Shown piece by piece: positions 49,252 through 59,137 of a DNA stretch of 64,000 bases (the first letter of the stretch is position 1; the number at the start of each line of letters is the position of its first letter). This stretch comes from an uncultured Bacteroidota bacterium. Its GTDB lineage: Bacteria; Bacteroidota; Ignavibacteria; UBA10030; UBA6906. The stretch is taken from NCBI GenBank assembly GCA_963700635.1, contig CAVOYH010000001.1, forward strand, positions 224,001 to 288,000, read 5' to 3'. Under the pieces are notes generated by a model. It was not told the DNA's origin, ran no database searches, and saw only the letters and a program-made list of their open reading frames with translations. A program made the position numbers and the translations under genes.

Positions 49252-51048
49252 TCAGCGGAGCAGGATCATTTTGTTGCTCACCACCGACCGGCTTCCGTCC
49301 GCCCCCACGGCGGTGAATCGGCAGATGTATGTTCCCGCCGCTACGTGTACACCACCCGCGTCAGTCCCGTCCCAACGTACGGTGTACGTTCCGCCGACCT
49401 TCTGTCCGCGTACCAGCGTCAGGACCTCACGGCCCAGGATATCGTACACGGCAATGGAGACCCCGGATGGAACCGGGACGCCGTACACGATGACCGTTCC
49501 GGCGTTAAAGGGGTTTGGATAGTTTTGCCGCAGGAGATACGTTTCCGGAGGTACTGGTGATGTATTGGTGTCCGTGCCGCTTAACCTGTTATGCGCAGCG
49601 AGGGCGTTGAGGATCCCCCAACCCATCAGATTGTCGGGGGTGGATGCCCTGCTTGCCGTTTGTCGCATGGCGTCAACGATCACCATTGGAGGAAGGTTGG
49701 GATGCGCCTTCACCAGAAGTGCAGCAACACCGGCTGCAAGCGGGCAGGAGAAGGACGTTCCCTGGGCATTAAATCGATAGCCCGTGACTTGTGTTTCGCT
49801 TGCTACTGTCACGCTTGATCCGAGAGCCATCACGTCCGGCTTGAACCGCGGAGGAGCTGCTGTGGTCGGACCGACAGAGCTGAAGGAAGTCCGCTTCCCG
49901 CTCAGATCGACAGCTCCAACAGCAAGCACACTGTCCGCATCAGCCGGTGCGACAAGCGTATTGTGCGTTGGACTAAAACCTTCGTTCCCTGCCGAGTTCA
50001 CCACGAGAATCCCCTTGCGGACCGCCATGGCTGCTGCACGGCTGATGACGGTCGTCCTGCCGTCCATGTCTTCCCATGTCCAGCTGGTATATCCCGGATC
50101 GTACACATCGTATCCCAGAGAGGTGCTGGTAACCTGCACGCCGAGACTGTCGGCCCATTCAATGGCCCGCACCCATTTATCCTCTTCGAGAGGTGTTTCA
50201 CTGCTGTCGTTTTCGGTCCGGGCCAGAATGTAACTCGCGCCGTAGGCCGGACCGATCAGCTGACCGGGTTTGAATCCGCCGATGGTGGAGAGGGTATTGA
50301 CCCCATGGTCGCCGAAGGAGGTGTTGGGATTGTTCGGTACAACGCTCACCTTGTAGTCGACAAAATCGTATGTGGCGATGATATTCATCGAGGCAAACGC
50401 CTCGTGGTTGAGGAGACGGAATCCGTTGTCGAAAACGCCCACGATCACACCCTGGGCACTATTACCGAGATCATGGAGCGCCGGCACATTAATCTGCGTG
50501 ACCTGATTCACCGACGGACCGTAGTCCAGTGCATGAGCACTCGTCGTTTTGGGCATGGACGACGGAGCGGCTGGAGTTTCCGACACGGGAGGAGGAGGAT
50601 GAGACCGCCTGGACCGGCCGACGAGTTCGATCTCGCGTACAAACGGCAAGGCTGCAATGGCAACAATCTGCCCGGCGGTTGCCTGGATACTTACCGCGTT
50701 GAACCATTTCGAGCTATGCCGCAGGACAGCACCGGTGGCGCTGAGCCGGGCAACATATGATTCATCAACGGGGAGATCCGAGTATTCGACAAGGGCATCG
50801 GGAGGCAGCACATTCGCACGCCGGCGGAGGGAGTGTTCAGTGACGACGGAATACGGGACGGAGGATTTCAACAACTCCCCTCCTCCTTTGTCAGCGAGGT
50901 ATACCCACACCAGCTGATTGGAAGTCTTGTCTGAACTGTTAAGCACGCCGGAGAGTTGTGGTCCGATTATTCCCTTTGCGGCGATGGATGGAACGGCAAG
51001 AAGGGAAAAAAGGGCCACAATAAGCATATTTTTAAACAAGAACCTCAT
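49252..51048 (-). CDS. Secreted S8 serine peptidase with FlgD-like/T9SS C-terminal domain
   Basis: VFDNGF, DHGVNTLS, SAGNEG, GTSFSCP; RQNYPNPFN...WDGTD...GTYICR. Confidence 0.94.
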   Translation of the reverse strand: MRFLFKNMLIVALFSLLAVPSIAAKGIIGPQLSGVLNSSDKTSNQLVWVYLADKGGGELLKSSVPYSVVTEHSLRRRANVLPPDALVEYSDLPVDESYVARLSATGAVLRHSSKWFNAVSIQATAGQIVAIAALPFVREIELVGRSRRSHPPPPVSETPAAPSSMPKTTSAHALDYGPSVNQVTQINVPALHDLGNSAQGVIVGVFDNGFRLLNHEAFASMNIIATYDFVDYKVSVVPNNPNTSFGDHGVNTLSTIGGFKPGQLIGPAYGASYILARTENDSSETPLEEDKWVRAIEWADSLGVQVTSTSLGYDVYDPGYTSWTWEDMDGRTTVISRAAAMAVRKGILVVNSAGNEGFSPTHNTLVAPADADSVLAVGAVDLSGKRTSFSSVGPTTAAPPRFKPDVMALGSSVTVASETQVTGYRFNAQGTSFSCPLAAGVAALLVKAHPNLPPMVIVDAMRQTASRASTPDNLMGWGILNALAAHNRLSGTDTNTSPVPPETYLLRQNYPNPFNAGTVIVYGVPVPSGVSIAVYDILGREVLTLVRGQKVGGTYTVRWDGTDAGGVHVAAGTYICRFTAVGADGSRSVVSNKMILLR

Positions 51049-51194
51049 ACGAATCTTCTCTCAGGTACTCGTGTCACGGTGATTGCTACCAGAGGATAAC
51101 AATTCAGCATGGAATTTGCAAGGGATGAGCCGCCGCGAACGGCCGCGGGGTTGATCTCCTTGAATCCCATTTCTCCCTTTTGTACCTTAGCGCC

Positions 51195-52037
51195 ATGGAA
51201 ACAGTCTCAAAAGTTGAACTGGGCGGGCTGCTCAATCCGCACACGGTGGAACGGATTCTCGTGGATTTCCTTCGCGATGAAACACACAACGCGGGATTCC
51301 GGCGGGGTGTGATCGGGCTGTCCGGCGGAGTGGATTCAGCAGTCTGTGCGGCACTTGCCGTCCGGGCGCTGGGCGCCGATCATGTGCTCGGCGTGATCCT
51401 GCCACATCATACAAGCTCACCGGAAAGCCGGACCGATGCAGAACTTGTGGCGGCGGACCTTCGCATAAAAACCGACGTGCTGGATATCTCCCCGATGGTC
51501 GATCCGTATCTTTCGGGCGCTTCCGTGACCGACCATATCCGGGCAGGCAATGTGATGGCCCGTGCCCGGATGATCGTCCTGTATGATATCTCCCGACGCG
51601 AGCAAGCTCTGGTGTACGGGACATCGAACAAGACTGAATTGCTCCTTGGCTACGGTACCCAGTTTGGCGACATGGCATCCGCGCTCAACCCCCTGGGTGA
51701 TCTGTACAAGACGCAGATCTGGCAACTTGCGCTGCACCTCGGTCTGCCGGAGCGTGTGCGATTGAAGACCCCTTCGGCCGACCTCTGGGCGGGCCAAACA
51801 GACGAGGGAGAACTGGGATTTACGTACGCTGAAGTTGATCGCTTGCTCTATCTTATGGTCGATGACCGCAGGACAGATGCCGAATTACTCGGGGCTGGAT
51901 TCGCCGGGCCGTTCATACAGCAAGTTCGGAGCATGGTGAGCAGCAGCCAGTTTAAGCGCCGTATGCCATTGATCGCAAAAATCTCTCACCGCACCGTGAA
52001 TGTGGATTTTCGCTATGCGAGGGACTGGGGTCTATGA
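51195..52037 (+). CDS. nadE: NH3-dependent NAD+ synthetase
   Basis: GLSGGVDS, GNVMARARM, GTSNKTE, PSADLW, SQFKR. Confidence 0.96.
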   Translation: METVSKVELGGLLNPHTVERILVDFLRDETHNAGFRRGVIGLSGGVDSAVCAALAVRALGADHVLGVILPHHTSSPESRTDAELVAADLRIKTDVLDISPMVDPYLSGASVTDHIRAGNVMARARMIVLYDISRREQALVYGTSNKTELLLGYGTQFGDMASALNPLGDLYKTQIWQLALHLGLPERVRLKTPSADLWAGQTDEGELGFTYAEVDRLLYLMVDDRRTDAELLGAGFAGPFIQQVRSMVSSSQFKRRMPLIAKISHRTVNVDFRYARDWGL

Positions 52038-52777
52038 GCGAGACGATCCAGCCCGGCGTGCTGTATGTCGTCTCCACCCCCATTGGCAATCTTGAGGATA
52101 TCACGTTCCGGGCGGTGAAGATCCTCGGTGGTGTGGATCTGATAGCGGCGGAGGACACCCGGACGACCCGGATCCTGCTGAACCATCTTGGCATCGACAA
52201 ACCGCTGGTCAGCTATTATATCCACAATGAGTTACGGCGAATTCCGGAGTTGGTGCGCCGCCTTCAGGAGGGGAGCGCCGTGGCGGTCGTCACTGACGCC
52301 GGCACCCCGGGTATTTCTGATCCTGCGTTTGCCCTGATACGCGCTGTGCACCTGGAGAATATAAGGGTGGTCCCCGTGCCGGGTGCCAGTGCAGTCCTTG
52401 CAGCGCTGGTCGCGAGCGGGTTGCCCACGGATCGGTTTGTGTTTGAGGGATTCCTGCCGCATAAAAAGGGGAGGAAAACACGCATCGCGCAGCTGATGCT
52501 CGAGACCCGCACCATTGTGCTGTACGAATCGCCCCACCGGATCGAGCGCACGCTTGCCGAGTTGGCGGAACAATGGGGAGGACGCAGAGCTGCGCTTGTG
52601 CGTGAGCTCACGAAGAAGTTTGAAGAGGTGCGTCGGGGGAGTCTGGTCGATCTTCTCAACGGGGTGCGGGAAAAGCCGCCGAAAGGCGAGATTGTCCTGG
52701 TCCTTGATGGCTGTGAAGATCGCGCCACGCCGACCGGGAACAAGAGTATCGAAAAAAAGGATGTGTACCATGGCTAA
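52034..52777 (+). CDS. rsmI: 16S rRNA (cytidine-1402-2'-O)-methyltransferase
   Basis: TPIGNLEDIT, AEDTR, DAGTPGISDP, YESPHR, RELTKKFEE. Confidence 0.97.
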   Translation: MSETIQPGVLYVVSTPIGNLEDITFRAVKILGGVDLIAAEDTRTTRILLNHLGIDKPLVSYYIHNELRRIPELVRRLQEGSAVAVVTDAGTPGISDPAFALIRAVHLENIRVVPVPGASAVLAALVASGLPTDRFVFEGFLPHKKGRKTRIAQLMLETRTIVLYESPHRIERTLAELAEQWGGRRAALVRELTKKFEEVRRGSLVDLLNGVREKPPKGEIVLVLDGCEDRATPTGNKSIEKKDVYHG

Positions 52778-54315
52778 GAAGACAACGCCATTGCGCCTGC
52801 ACAACACACGCCACCCGGTGGTATTGGAAATACCTGTTCGGGTTTTTTTGCATGAACTTTCTGCAGCGGCGGGCACCCCGGTGACGCTCGCGGAGATTCC
52901 CGAAGAAGTGCTGGACGAATGGTCTGCTCTGGGTCTGGATGCAGTCTGGCTTATGGGCGTGTGGGCAACGGGTGACGTGGGGCGGCAGCTTGCACGTGAA
53001 TATCCCGGGATGATGGATGTGTACCGCGGGGCGCTGCCTGATGTTGGTCCGGATGACATTCTCGGATCACCCTATGCGGTGCAGGAGTATCGGGTTGCGC
53101 CGGCGTTCGGAGGCGGTCTGGCATTACGAGCATTACGACGGCGTCTGGCACGGAGGGGAATCGGGATCTTCCTCGACTATGTGTGCAACCACACGGCGCG
53201 TGATCACAAGTGGGTGAAGCAGCACCCGGACTATTATATCCATCGTGATCCTTCCGTGAACCCCGCGCCGTTGCAGGGTGCATTCTCCGCGCAAACTACC
53301 AGAGGTGAACGCTGGATCGCACACGGACGTGATCCGTTGTTTCCCGAGTGGGAGGACACCGCGCAATTAAATCCCAGGTCGGCCCCGGCACGCGCCGCGA
53401 TGGTCGCTCAGATGAAGAAAATTGCAGGCATGTGCGACGGCGTACGCTGCGACATGGCGATGCTCCTGCTTTCTGATGTCTTCACACGGACCTGGGGGGA
53501 ACAGGGAATACCGGATTCCGGGGACGTGGCGGAAGGTGAATTCTGGAAGGAAGCGATCGAGGCGGTCCTGAAGGGGAAGCCTGAATTCCTGTTCATTGCA
53601 GAAGCCTACTGGGATCGTCAGTGGGACTTGCAGCAGCTTGGTTTTCACTTCACCTATGACAAGACGCTCTACGACCGGCTTCTCAGGGAAGGCGCGGCGG
53701 CAGTGGGTGATCATTTGAAGGCAGATCTGTCATATCAGCAGCACAGTCTGCGTTTTCTGGAGAATCACGACGAGGAACGGGTGGCCAGGCTAATTCCATC
53801 GGAGCCGTGGCATTTTGCTGCTGCTGCGGTCGTTGCCACTGTGCCAGGGATGTTTCTGGTTCATGACGGCCAGATGGAAGGGAGAGCCATCAGCAGTGCC
53901 GGTGCAGTTGCGCAGACGGGTGGAAGAGGCGCCCAATGCCCGCACGCATGCGTTTTACCGGGAGTTGTTGGGGACAATAGACCATCCGGTGTTCAGAAGG
54001 GGAGAATGGCGTTTGCTTACGATACGGCCGGCGTGGCACGACAATTATACGTGTCAGAATTTTTTGAGTTACTGGTGGCATGAACCTCTCCACGGGCACC
54101 GATTTGTCGTCATCAACTATGCTCCTCACGGTGGTCAATGTTATGTTGATCTCCCCTTTGAGCTTCTTGAAGGGAATCTGCTCGAGTTCCGGGATCTCCT
54201 GGGCAGTTCCACGTATGTACGCGAACGGTCCGCGATACAGACCAAAGGGATGTACTTTGATCTTTCCGGTTACGGGTTTCACATCTTCGAGGTAACAGAA
54301 GCGCACAAGCAGTAA
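52770..54315 (+). CDS. Alpha-amylase family glycoside hydrolase (GH13), +1 frameshift near 53893
   Basis: GSPYAV, DYVCNH, RCDMA, IAEAY, FLENHDE; the C-terminal part (VPVQL...) continues in the next frame. Confidence 0.88.
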
Positions 54316-54329
54316 GAGTCAGGAAGCTC

Positions 54330-54359
54330 AAAAGGGCCTTGACATTAGCCCTTTTTTTT
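54330..54359 (+). terminator. Terminator-like hairpin after the GH13 gene, overlapping the groES promoter
   Basis: AAAAGGGC-N10-GCCCTTTT with the T-run continuing. Confidence 0.6.
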
Positions 54360-54368
54360 GTATATTGT
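54339..54368 (+). promoter_or_regulatory. Sigma70-type promoter of groESL
   Basis: TTGACA (54339-54344) with TATATT or TATTGT 16-18 nt downstream. Confidence 0.8.
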
Positions 54369-54394
54369 TAGCACTCGCCATCGATGAGTGCTAA
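54368..54394 (+). promoter_or_regulatory. CIRCE element (HrcA operator)
   Basis: Perfect TTAGCACTC-N9-GAGTGCTAA upstream of groES. Confidence 0.98.
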
Positions 54395-54454
54395 TGCCAG
54401 AATTTGATCGTTGTAACTCGTTTATTATCAATATCTTACAAAACAGGAGGTAGT

Positions 54455-54739
54455 ATGAAGATAAAGCCGTTGGCCGATCGTGTCGTTATCAAGCCTTCCC
54501 CCGCGGAAGAAAAGACCAAGGGAGGGATCATCCTGCCTGACACCGCAAAGGAGAAGCCTGTGGTGGGTGAAGTTGTGGCTGTCGGACCGGGTAAAGTGAC
54601 TGATGACGGCAAGAAGGTTGCGCCGGAAGTGAAAGTCGGCGACAAAGTGCTCTACGGAAAATACTCGGGCACAGAGGTGACCGTCGAAGGTGATGAATAT
54701 CTTATCATGCGTGAAGCGGATATCTTCGCAATCGTCTGA
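54455..54739 (+). CDS. groES: Co-chaperonin GroES
   Basis: AGGAGG RBS; [32 protein letters not shown]. Confidence 0.99.
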   Translation: MKIKPLADRVVIKPSPAEEKTKGGIILPDTAKEKPVVGEVVAVGPGKVTDDGKKVAPEVKVGDKVLYGKYSGTEVTVEGDEYLIMREADIFAIV

Positions 54740-54784
54740 AGTAGCGGACACGAGAATCTGATTACATAACACAGGAGAAGTACA

Positions 54785-56432
54785 ATGGCTGCAAAACTAA
54801 TTAACTTCGACGTCGAGGCGCGGTCCGCCCTGAAGACGGGGTGTGGATCAGCTCGCGAACGCGGTGAAGGTTACTCTCGGCCCGAAGGGTCGCAACGTCG
54901 TCATCGACAAAAAATTCGGTGCGCCGACCGTCACCAAAGACGGTGTTACGGTCGCAAAGGAAATTGAGCTCGAAAATCCGCTTGAGAACATGGGCGCCCA
55001 GATGGTGCGTGAGGTTGCTTCAAAAACCTCCGATGTTGCAGGTGACGGCACCACCACGGCCACCGTGCTTGCCCAGGCGATTGTGCGTGAAGGACTTGAA
55101 GAACGTGGCGGCCGGTGCCAACCCGATGGACCTGAAGCGCGGCATCGATATGGCCGTGACGAAGGTCGTGGAAGGACTCGAAGGAACTCAGCAAGCCGGT
55201 CGACAAGACCAGCAAGAAGGAAATTGCGCAGGTCGGCTCCATCTCCGCCAATAACGATGTCGTCATCGGCGACCTTATTGCCGATGCGATGATGAAGGTC
55301 GGAACCGATGGCGTTATCACCGTGGAAGAAGCCAAAGGAACAGATACGAACATCGAAGTGGTCGAAGGTATGCAGTTCGACCGCGGATATATGTCTCCGT
55401 ACTTCGTGACGGATGCAGAGACCATGGAAGCGGTGCTGGAAAACGCAGATCCTGCTGATCCACGACAAGAAGATCTCCGCAATGAAGGACCTGCTCCCGA
55501 TCCTGGAAAAAGTTGCACAAACAGGCTCGCCGCTGCTCGTCATCGCCGAAGATCTGGAAGGCGAAGCGCTTGCGACACTCGTGGTCAACAAGCTGCGCGG
55601 CACGCTCCGCGTGACAGCGGTGAAGGCACCGGGCTTCGGCGACCGCCGCAAGGCAATGCTCGAGGATATCGCCATCCTCACCGGCGGCACGGTCATCTCC
55701 GAAGAGCAGGGCTACAAGCTGGAGAACGCCACGCTGAGTTATCTCGGCAAGGCGAAAAAAGTTGTGGTGGACAAAGACAACACCACAATCGTTGAGGGCG
55801 CGGGCAAGAAGGAAGACATCAAGAAACGCATCAACGAGATCCACGCACAGATCGAAAAGACAACATCCGACTACGACCGCGAGAAACTGCAGGAACGCCT
55901 TGCAAAACTCTCCGGCGGCGTCGCGGTGCTCAAGATCGGTGCGGCCACGGAAGTGGAGATGAAGGAAAAGAAGGCGCGCGTGGAAGATGCACTCCATGCC
56001 ACCCGCGCGGCTGTCGAAGAAGGGATCGTGCCCGGCGGCGGAGTTGCATACCTGCGCGCTGCAGCAAAACTTGATACCCTGAAACCGGCAAACGATGACC
56101 AGGCAACCGGCATCGAGATCATCCGACGCTCCGTCGAAGAGCCCATCCGGCTCATCGTCGAAAACGCCGGCCACGAAGGTTCCGTCGTGGTGAACAAAGT
56201 AAAAGAAGGCAAAGACGATTATGGCTTTAATGCCTTCAACGACCAGTACGAAAACCTGGTGAAGTCCGGTGTGATCGATCCGACCAAGGTTGCCCGTACG
56301 GCGCTTGAAAATGCCGCATCCGTGGCAGCGTTACTTCTGATGACGGAAGCGACAATCGTCGAGAAGCCCAAAGAAGAAAAAGCCCCGCCGATGATGCCCC
56401 CTGGCGGCGGTGGTATGGGCGACATGTACTAA
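54785..56432 (+). CDS. groEL: Chaperonin GroEL, interrupted by four +1 frameshifts (probable sequence errors)
   Basis: [48 protein letters not shown] spread over five successive frames. Confidence 0.95.
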
Positions 56433-56464
56433 ACCGCAATCTTCTCTGCGGCTCCGTGTCCAAT

Positions 56465-56506
56465 CCCCCCTCCCCGGCCCTTATGCCGGCGGAGGGGTTT
56501 TTATTT
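56465..56506 (+). terminator. Intrinsic terminator after groEL
   Basis: CCCCTCC-CCGGC...GCCGG-C-GGAGGGG followed by TTTTTTATTT. Confidence 0.8.
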
Positions 56507-56507
56507 C

Positions 56508-56536
56508 TTGACAAATCCCACAGGATTTCGTAGATT
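56508..56536 (+). promoter_or_regulatory. Sigma70-type promoter of the TetR/efflux operon
   Basis: TTGACA-N17-TAGATT. Confidence 0.8.
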
Positions 56537-56625
56537 GGAAACCAAGAAAACGAAATGGGTTTCCTGTGCTTGTGGGGTCCTTTTTTTTGGAACTTTCGGA
56601 AACCAAAGAAACCAAGGGAGTTTCC
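56537..56625 (+). promoter_or_regulatory. Two putative TetR operators GGAAAC-N16-GTTTCC
   Basis: Copies at 56537-56564 (over the predicted TSS) and 56598-56625 (over the RBS). Confidence 0.7.
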
Positions 56626-57261
56626 ATGTTGTCGAAACAGGATCAATCCTCAGATATGAAGAAACGGATCCTCGACTATGCCCATTCTCTCTTTGTAACT
56701 TCGGGCTTCTCGCGAGTCCCTGTGGAAGAAATCACTTCGGGACTGGGCATGAGCAAGAAAACCTTCTACAGGTATTTTGAAGGGAAGGAAGACCTCGTCC
56801 GGCAGATCGTCGAACGTCTTGTTGGCGAAAGCTCCCTCCGCATCCAGACAATCGTCGAGACAGACCAACCATTCGTTGCCAAACTGGAGAAGCTCACAAC
56901 CTTTTTGAGCCACCAGTTTCGGAAGATAAGCTCACCATTTCTTCGTGACCTCCAGATTCACTCTCCGGATACCTGGCAGTACATCCAGGAGTTCCGTCGT
57001 AAAAAAATCCTGACCGTGTGGGCAGGACTTATCGAACAGGGAAAACGTGAAGGGCAGATTCGACCGGAGACAAACTCCCGGCTTCTTCTCCTCTCCCTGC
57101 TCGGTGTTATCGAATCAGTCGTCAATCCGTCGACACTCGCCAATGAATCGTTCTCCATTGATGAGGCGCTGGAAGGGATCATGCAGATGCTCTTCCGGGG
57201 TGTCCTCACCGATGAGGCGGTCTACCGGCTTGATTCACTCCATCTGACACAACAACCATAG
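56626..57261 (+). CDS. TetR/AcrR family transcriptional regulator
   Basis: RILDYAHSLF..GF, LGMSKKTFYRYFEGKEDL HTH. Confidence 0.95.
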   Translation: MLSKQDQSSDMKKRILDYAHSLFVTSGFSRVPVEEITSGLGMSKKTFYRYFEGKEDLVRQIVERLVGESSLRIQTIVETDQPFVAKLEKLTTFLSHQFRKISSPFLRDLQIHSPDTWQYIQEFRRKKILTVWAGLIEQGKREGQIRPETNSRLLLLSLLGVIESVVNPSTLANESFSIDEALEGIMQMLFRGVLTDEAVYRLDSLHLTQQP

Positions 57262-57269
57262 GAAGCAGT

Positions 57270-58211
57270 ATGCGCGATCTTCTGTCATTACTTGTACTTG
57301 CGGCACTCGGTGCCGCCGCGGCGGGGTGCGGAGGAAACGGAGACGGAACTATCGAAGCATCCGGGACCATCGAAGGAACAGAGATAAATGTGGCCGCCGA
57401 GGCGGGGGGACGGGTGCTGCACGTCCCTGTCACCGAAGGGGTACGCGTCACCGTCGGCGATACACTTGTTCTGATCAACGACGAGGAATACCGGCTCCAG
57501 CTCAAACAGGCCGAGGCAAACCTCGCTTCCCTCGACGCCGCCTACCGGCTTGCTCTTGAAGGTTCCCGCAAGGAAGACCTGCTTCAGGCCGAGGCAGCGT
57601 ATGCCTCCGCGAAGGCCGATCAGCAGCGTATGAAAGAGCTGCTCGCAACGGCGACCATTACACAGAAACAGTATGACGATGCCTACACGCGCTTCGTGGC
57701 TGCGGAGCAAACCTATGCCAAAATGAAAACAGGCCTCCGCCCGGCAGAGATTTCGGGTGCCCGCGCACGCCGGGAAGGAGCGTTGGCACAGGTGGAACTG
57801 CTGCATAAACGTATACGGGACTGCACCGTTCTCGCCCCAGCGCAGGGGACAGTGACCCTTCGCGCAGTTGAGCCGGGAGAATTTGTCGGGATGGGGAGTA
57901 ATGTGATCCGGCTTACGTTCCTTGACAGGGTGAAGCTGACGATCTATGTCAGCGAAGGGGAGCTTGGCCTCGTGACCCTCGGGCAATCAGCCGAAGTCTT
58001 CATCGATACCTTTGGCAAGGATCGTTCATTCGGGGGAACCGTCGTTTACGTATCCCCAAGCGCCGAGTTTACGCCAAAAAACGTCCAAACCAAGGAAGAA
58101 CGCACCAAGCTGGTTTTTGCCGTGAAGATCGAAGTCCACAACCCTGATGGCGCCTTGAAACCGGGGCTGCCCGCCGATGCGGTGCTGCGCGTTCCTGTGA
58201 AAGCACAATAA
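57270..58211 (+). CDS. HlyD-family periplasmic adaptor lipoprotein (YbhG-like)
   Basis: Lipobox AAAGC; ASGTIEG, AEFTPKNVQT.EER.KLVFAVK, LKPGLPAD. Confidence 0.93.
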   Translation: MRDLLSLLVLAALGAAAAGCGGNGDGTIEASGTIEGTEINVAAEAGGRVLHVPVTEGVRVTVGDTLVLINDEEYRLQLKQAEANLASLDAAYRLALEGSRKEDLLQAEAAYASAKADQQRMKELLATATITQKQYDDAYTRFVAAEQTYAKMKTGLRPAEISGARARREGALAQVELLHKRIRDCTVLAPAQGTVTLRAVEPGEFVGMGSNVIRLTFLDRVKLTIYVSEGELGLVTLGQSAEVFIDTFGKDRSFGGTVVYVSPSAEFTPKNVQTKEERTKLVFAVKIEVHNPDGALKPGLPADAVLRVPVKAQ

Positions 58212-59137
58212 TGCAACCCATCATTCGCACTGTTGCCCTCTCCCGATCCTTCGGCGCAGTCACTGCTGTCGACAGCGTGGACCTTACTGTCAACGAGGGA
58301 GAGATGTTCGGCATTGTCGGTCCGGACGGAGCAGGCAAGACAACACTTATCCGTTTGCTCTGTGGAATCCTCCTGTCTTCATCCGGGACCGCGCACGTTC
58401 TTGGAAAGGACCTCCTGAAGGAGCCTGACGCGGTGAAACGGGAGATCGGTTATCTTTCGCAACGGTTTACCCTTTACGGTGACCTGACGATCGACGAGAA
58501 CATCGAATTCTTCGCCGAAATAAACAATGTCTATGATTACAAAGCCCGGCGGGAACAACTTCTTGAATTCACCCGCCTGACGCCATTCCGGAACCGTCTG
58601 GCAGAACGGCTCTCCGGCGGCATGAAACAGAAGCTGGCCCTTGCCTGCACCCTGGTGCATACCCCCAGGATCATCTTCCTGGATGAACCAACGACCGGCG
58701 TGGATCCCGTGTCACGCCGCGACTTCTGGAAAATTCTCCAGAGTCTCATTCGCGAAGGGATTACCATCGTGATGACCACCCCGTATCTCGACGAAGCGGA
58801 GCGATGTACGCGTGTTGCACTTATGAACCGGGGCTCTATTATGCGCGTGGCACCTCCGATGGATCTCAAGGAGTCTATGAACGGGACGGTTGTGGAGATC
58901 TTATGCGATCGTGTCCGTGAGGGATTCCGGATCCTGAAGCAAAACCGTCCGGATGTCGAGGTGCAGGCTTTTGGAGACCGCCTGAACGTCGTGGTTCAGG
59001 ATGCTTCGCACGACATTGCGGACGTCACACGTATCCTCACCGCGGCCGGCGTTCACATCGCGACGACCCGGGTTGTTCCTCCCTCGCTGGAAAACGTATT
59101 TATCTCACTGTTGACACAGACCGAAGGTGTTGCATGA
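58211..59137 (+). CDS. ABC transporter ATP-binding protein
   Basis: GPDGAGKTT, LSGGMKQK, LDEPTTGVDP. Confidence 0.96.
   Translation: MQPIIRTVALSRSFGAVTAVDSVDLTVNEGEMFGIVGPDGAGKTTLIRLLCGILLSSSGTAHVLGKDLLKEPDAVKREIGYLSQRFTLYGDLTIDENIEFFAEINNVYDYKARREQLLEFTRLTPFRNRLAERLSGGMKQKLALACTLVHTPRIIFLDEPTTGVDPVSRRDFWKILQSLIREGITIVMTTPYLDEAERCTRVALMNRGSIMRVAPPMDLKESMNGTVVEILCDRVREGFRILKQNRPDVEVQAFGDRLNVVVQDASHDIADVTRILTAAGVHIATTRVVPPSLENVFISLLTQTEGVA

Noticed and set aside
54785-56432. groEL as a true pseudogene or programmed-frameshift gene
   Set aside because: Four independent +1 shifts with no common slippery motif, an otherwise conserved protein and intact regulation; sequence error is more parsimonious.
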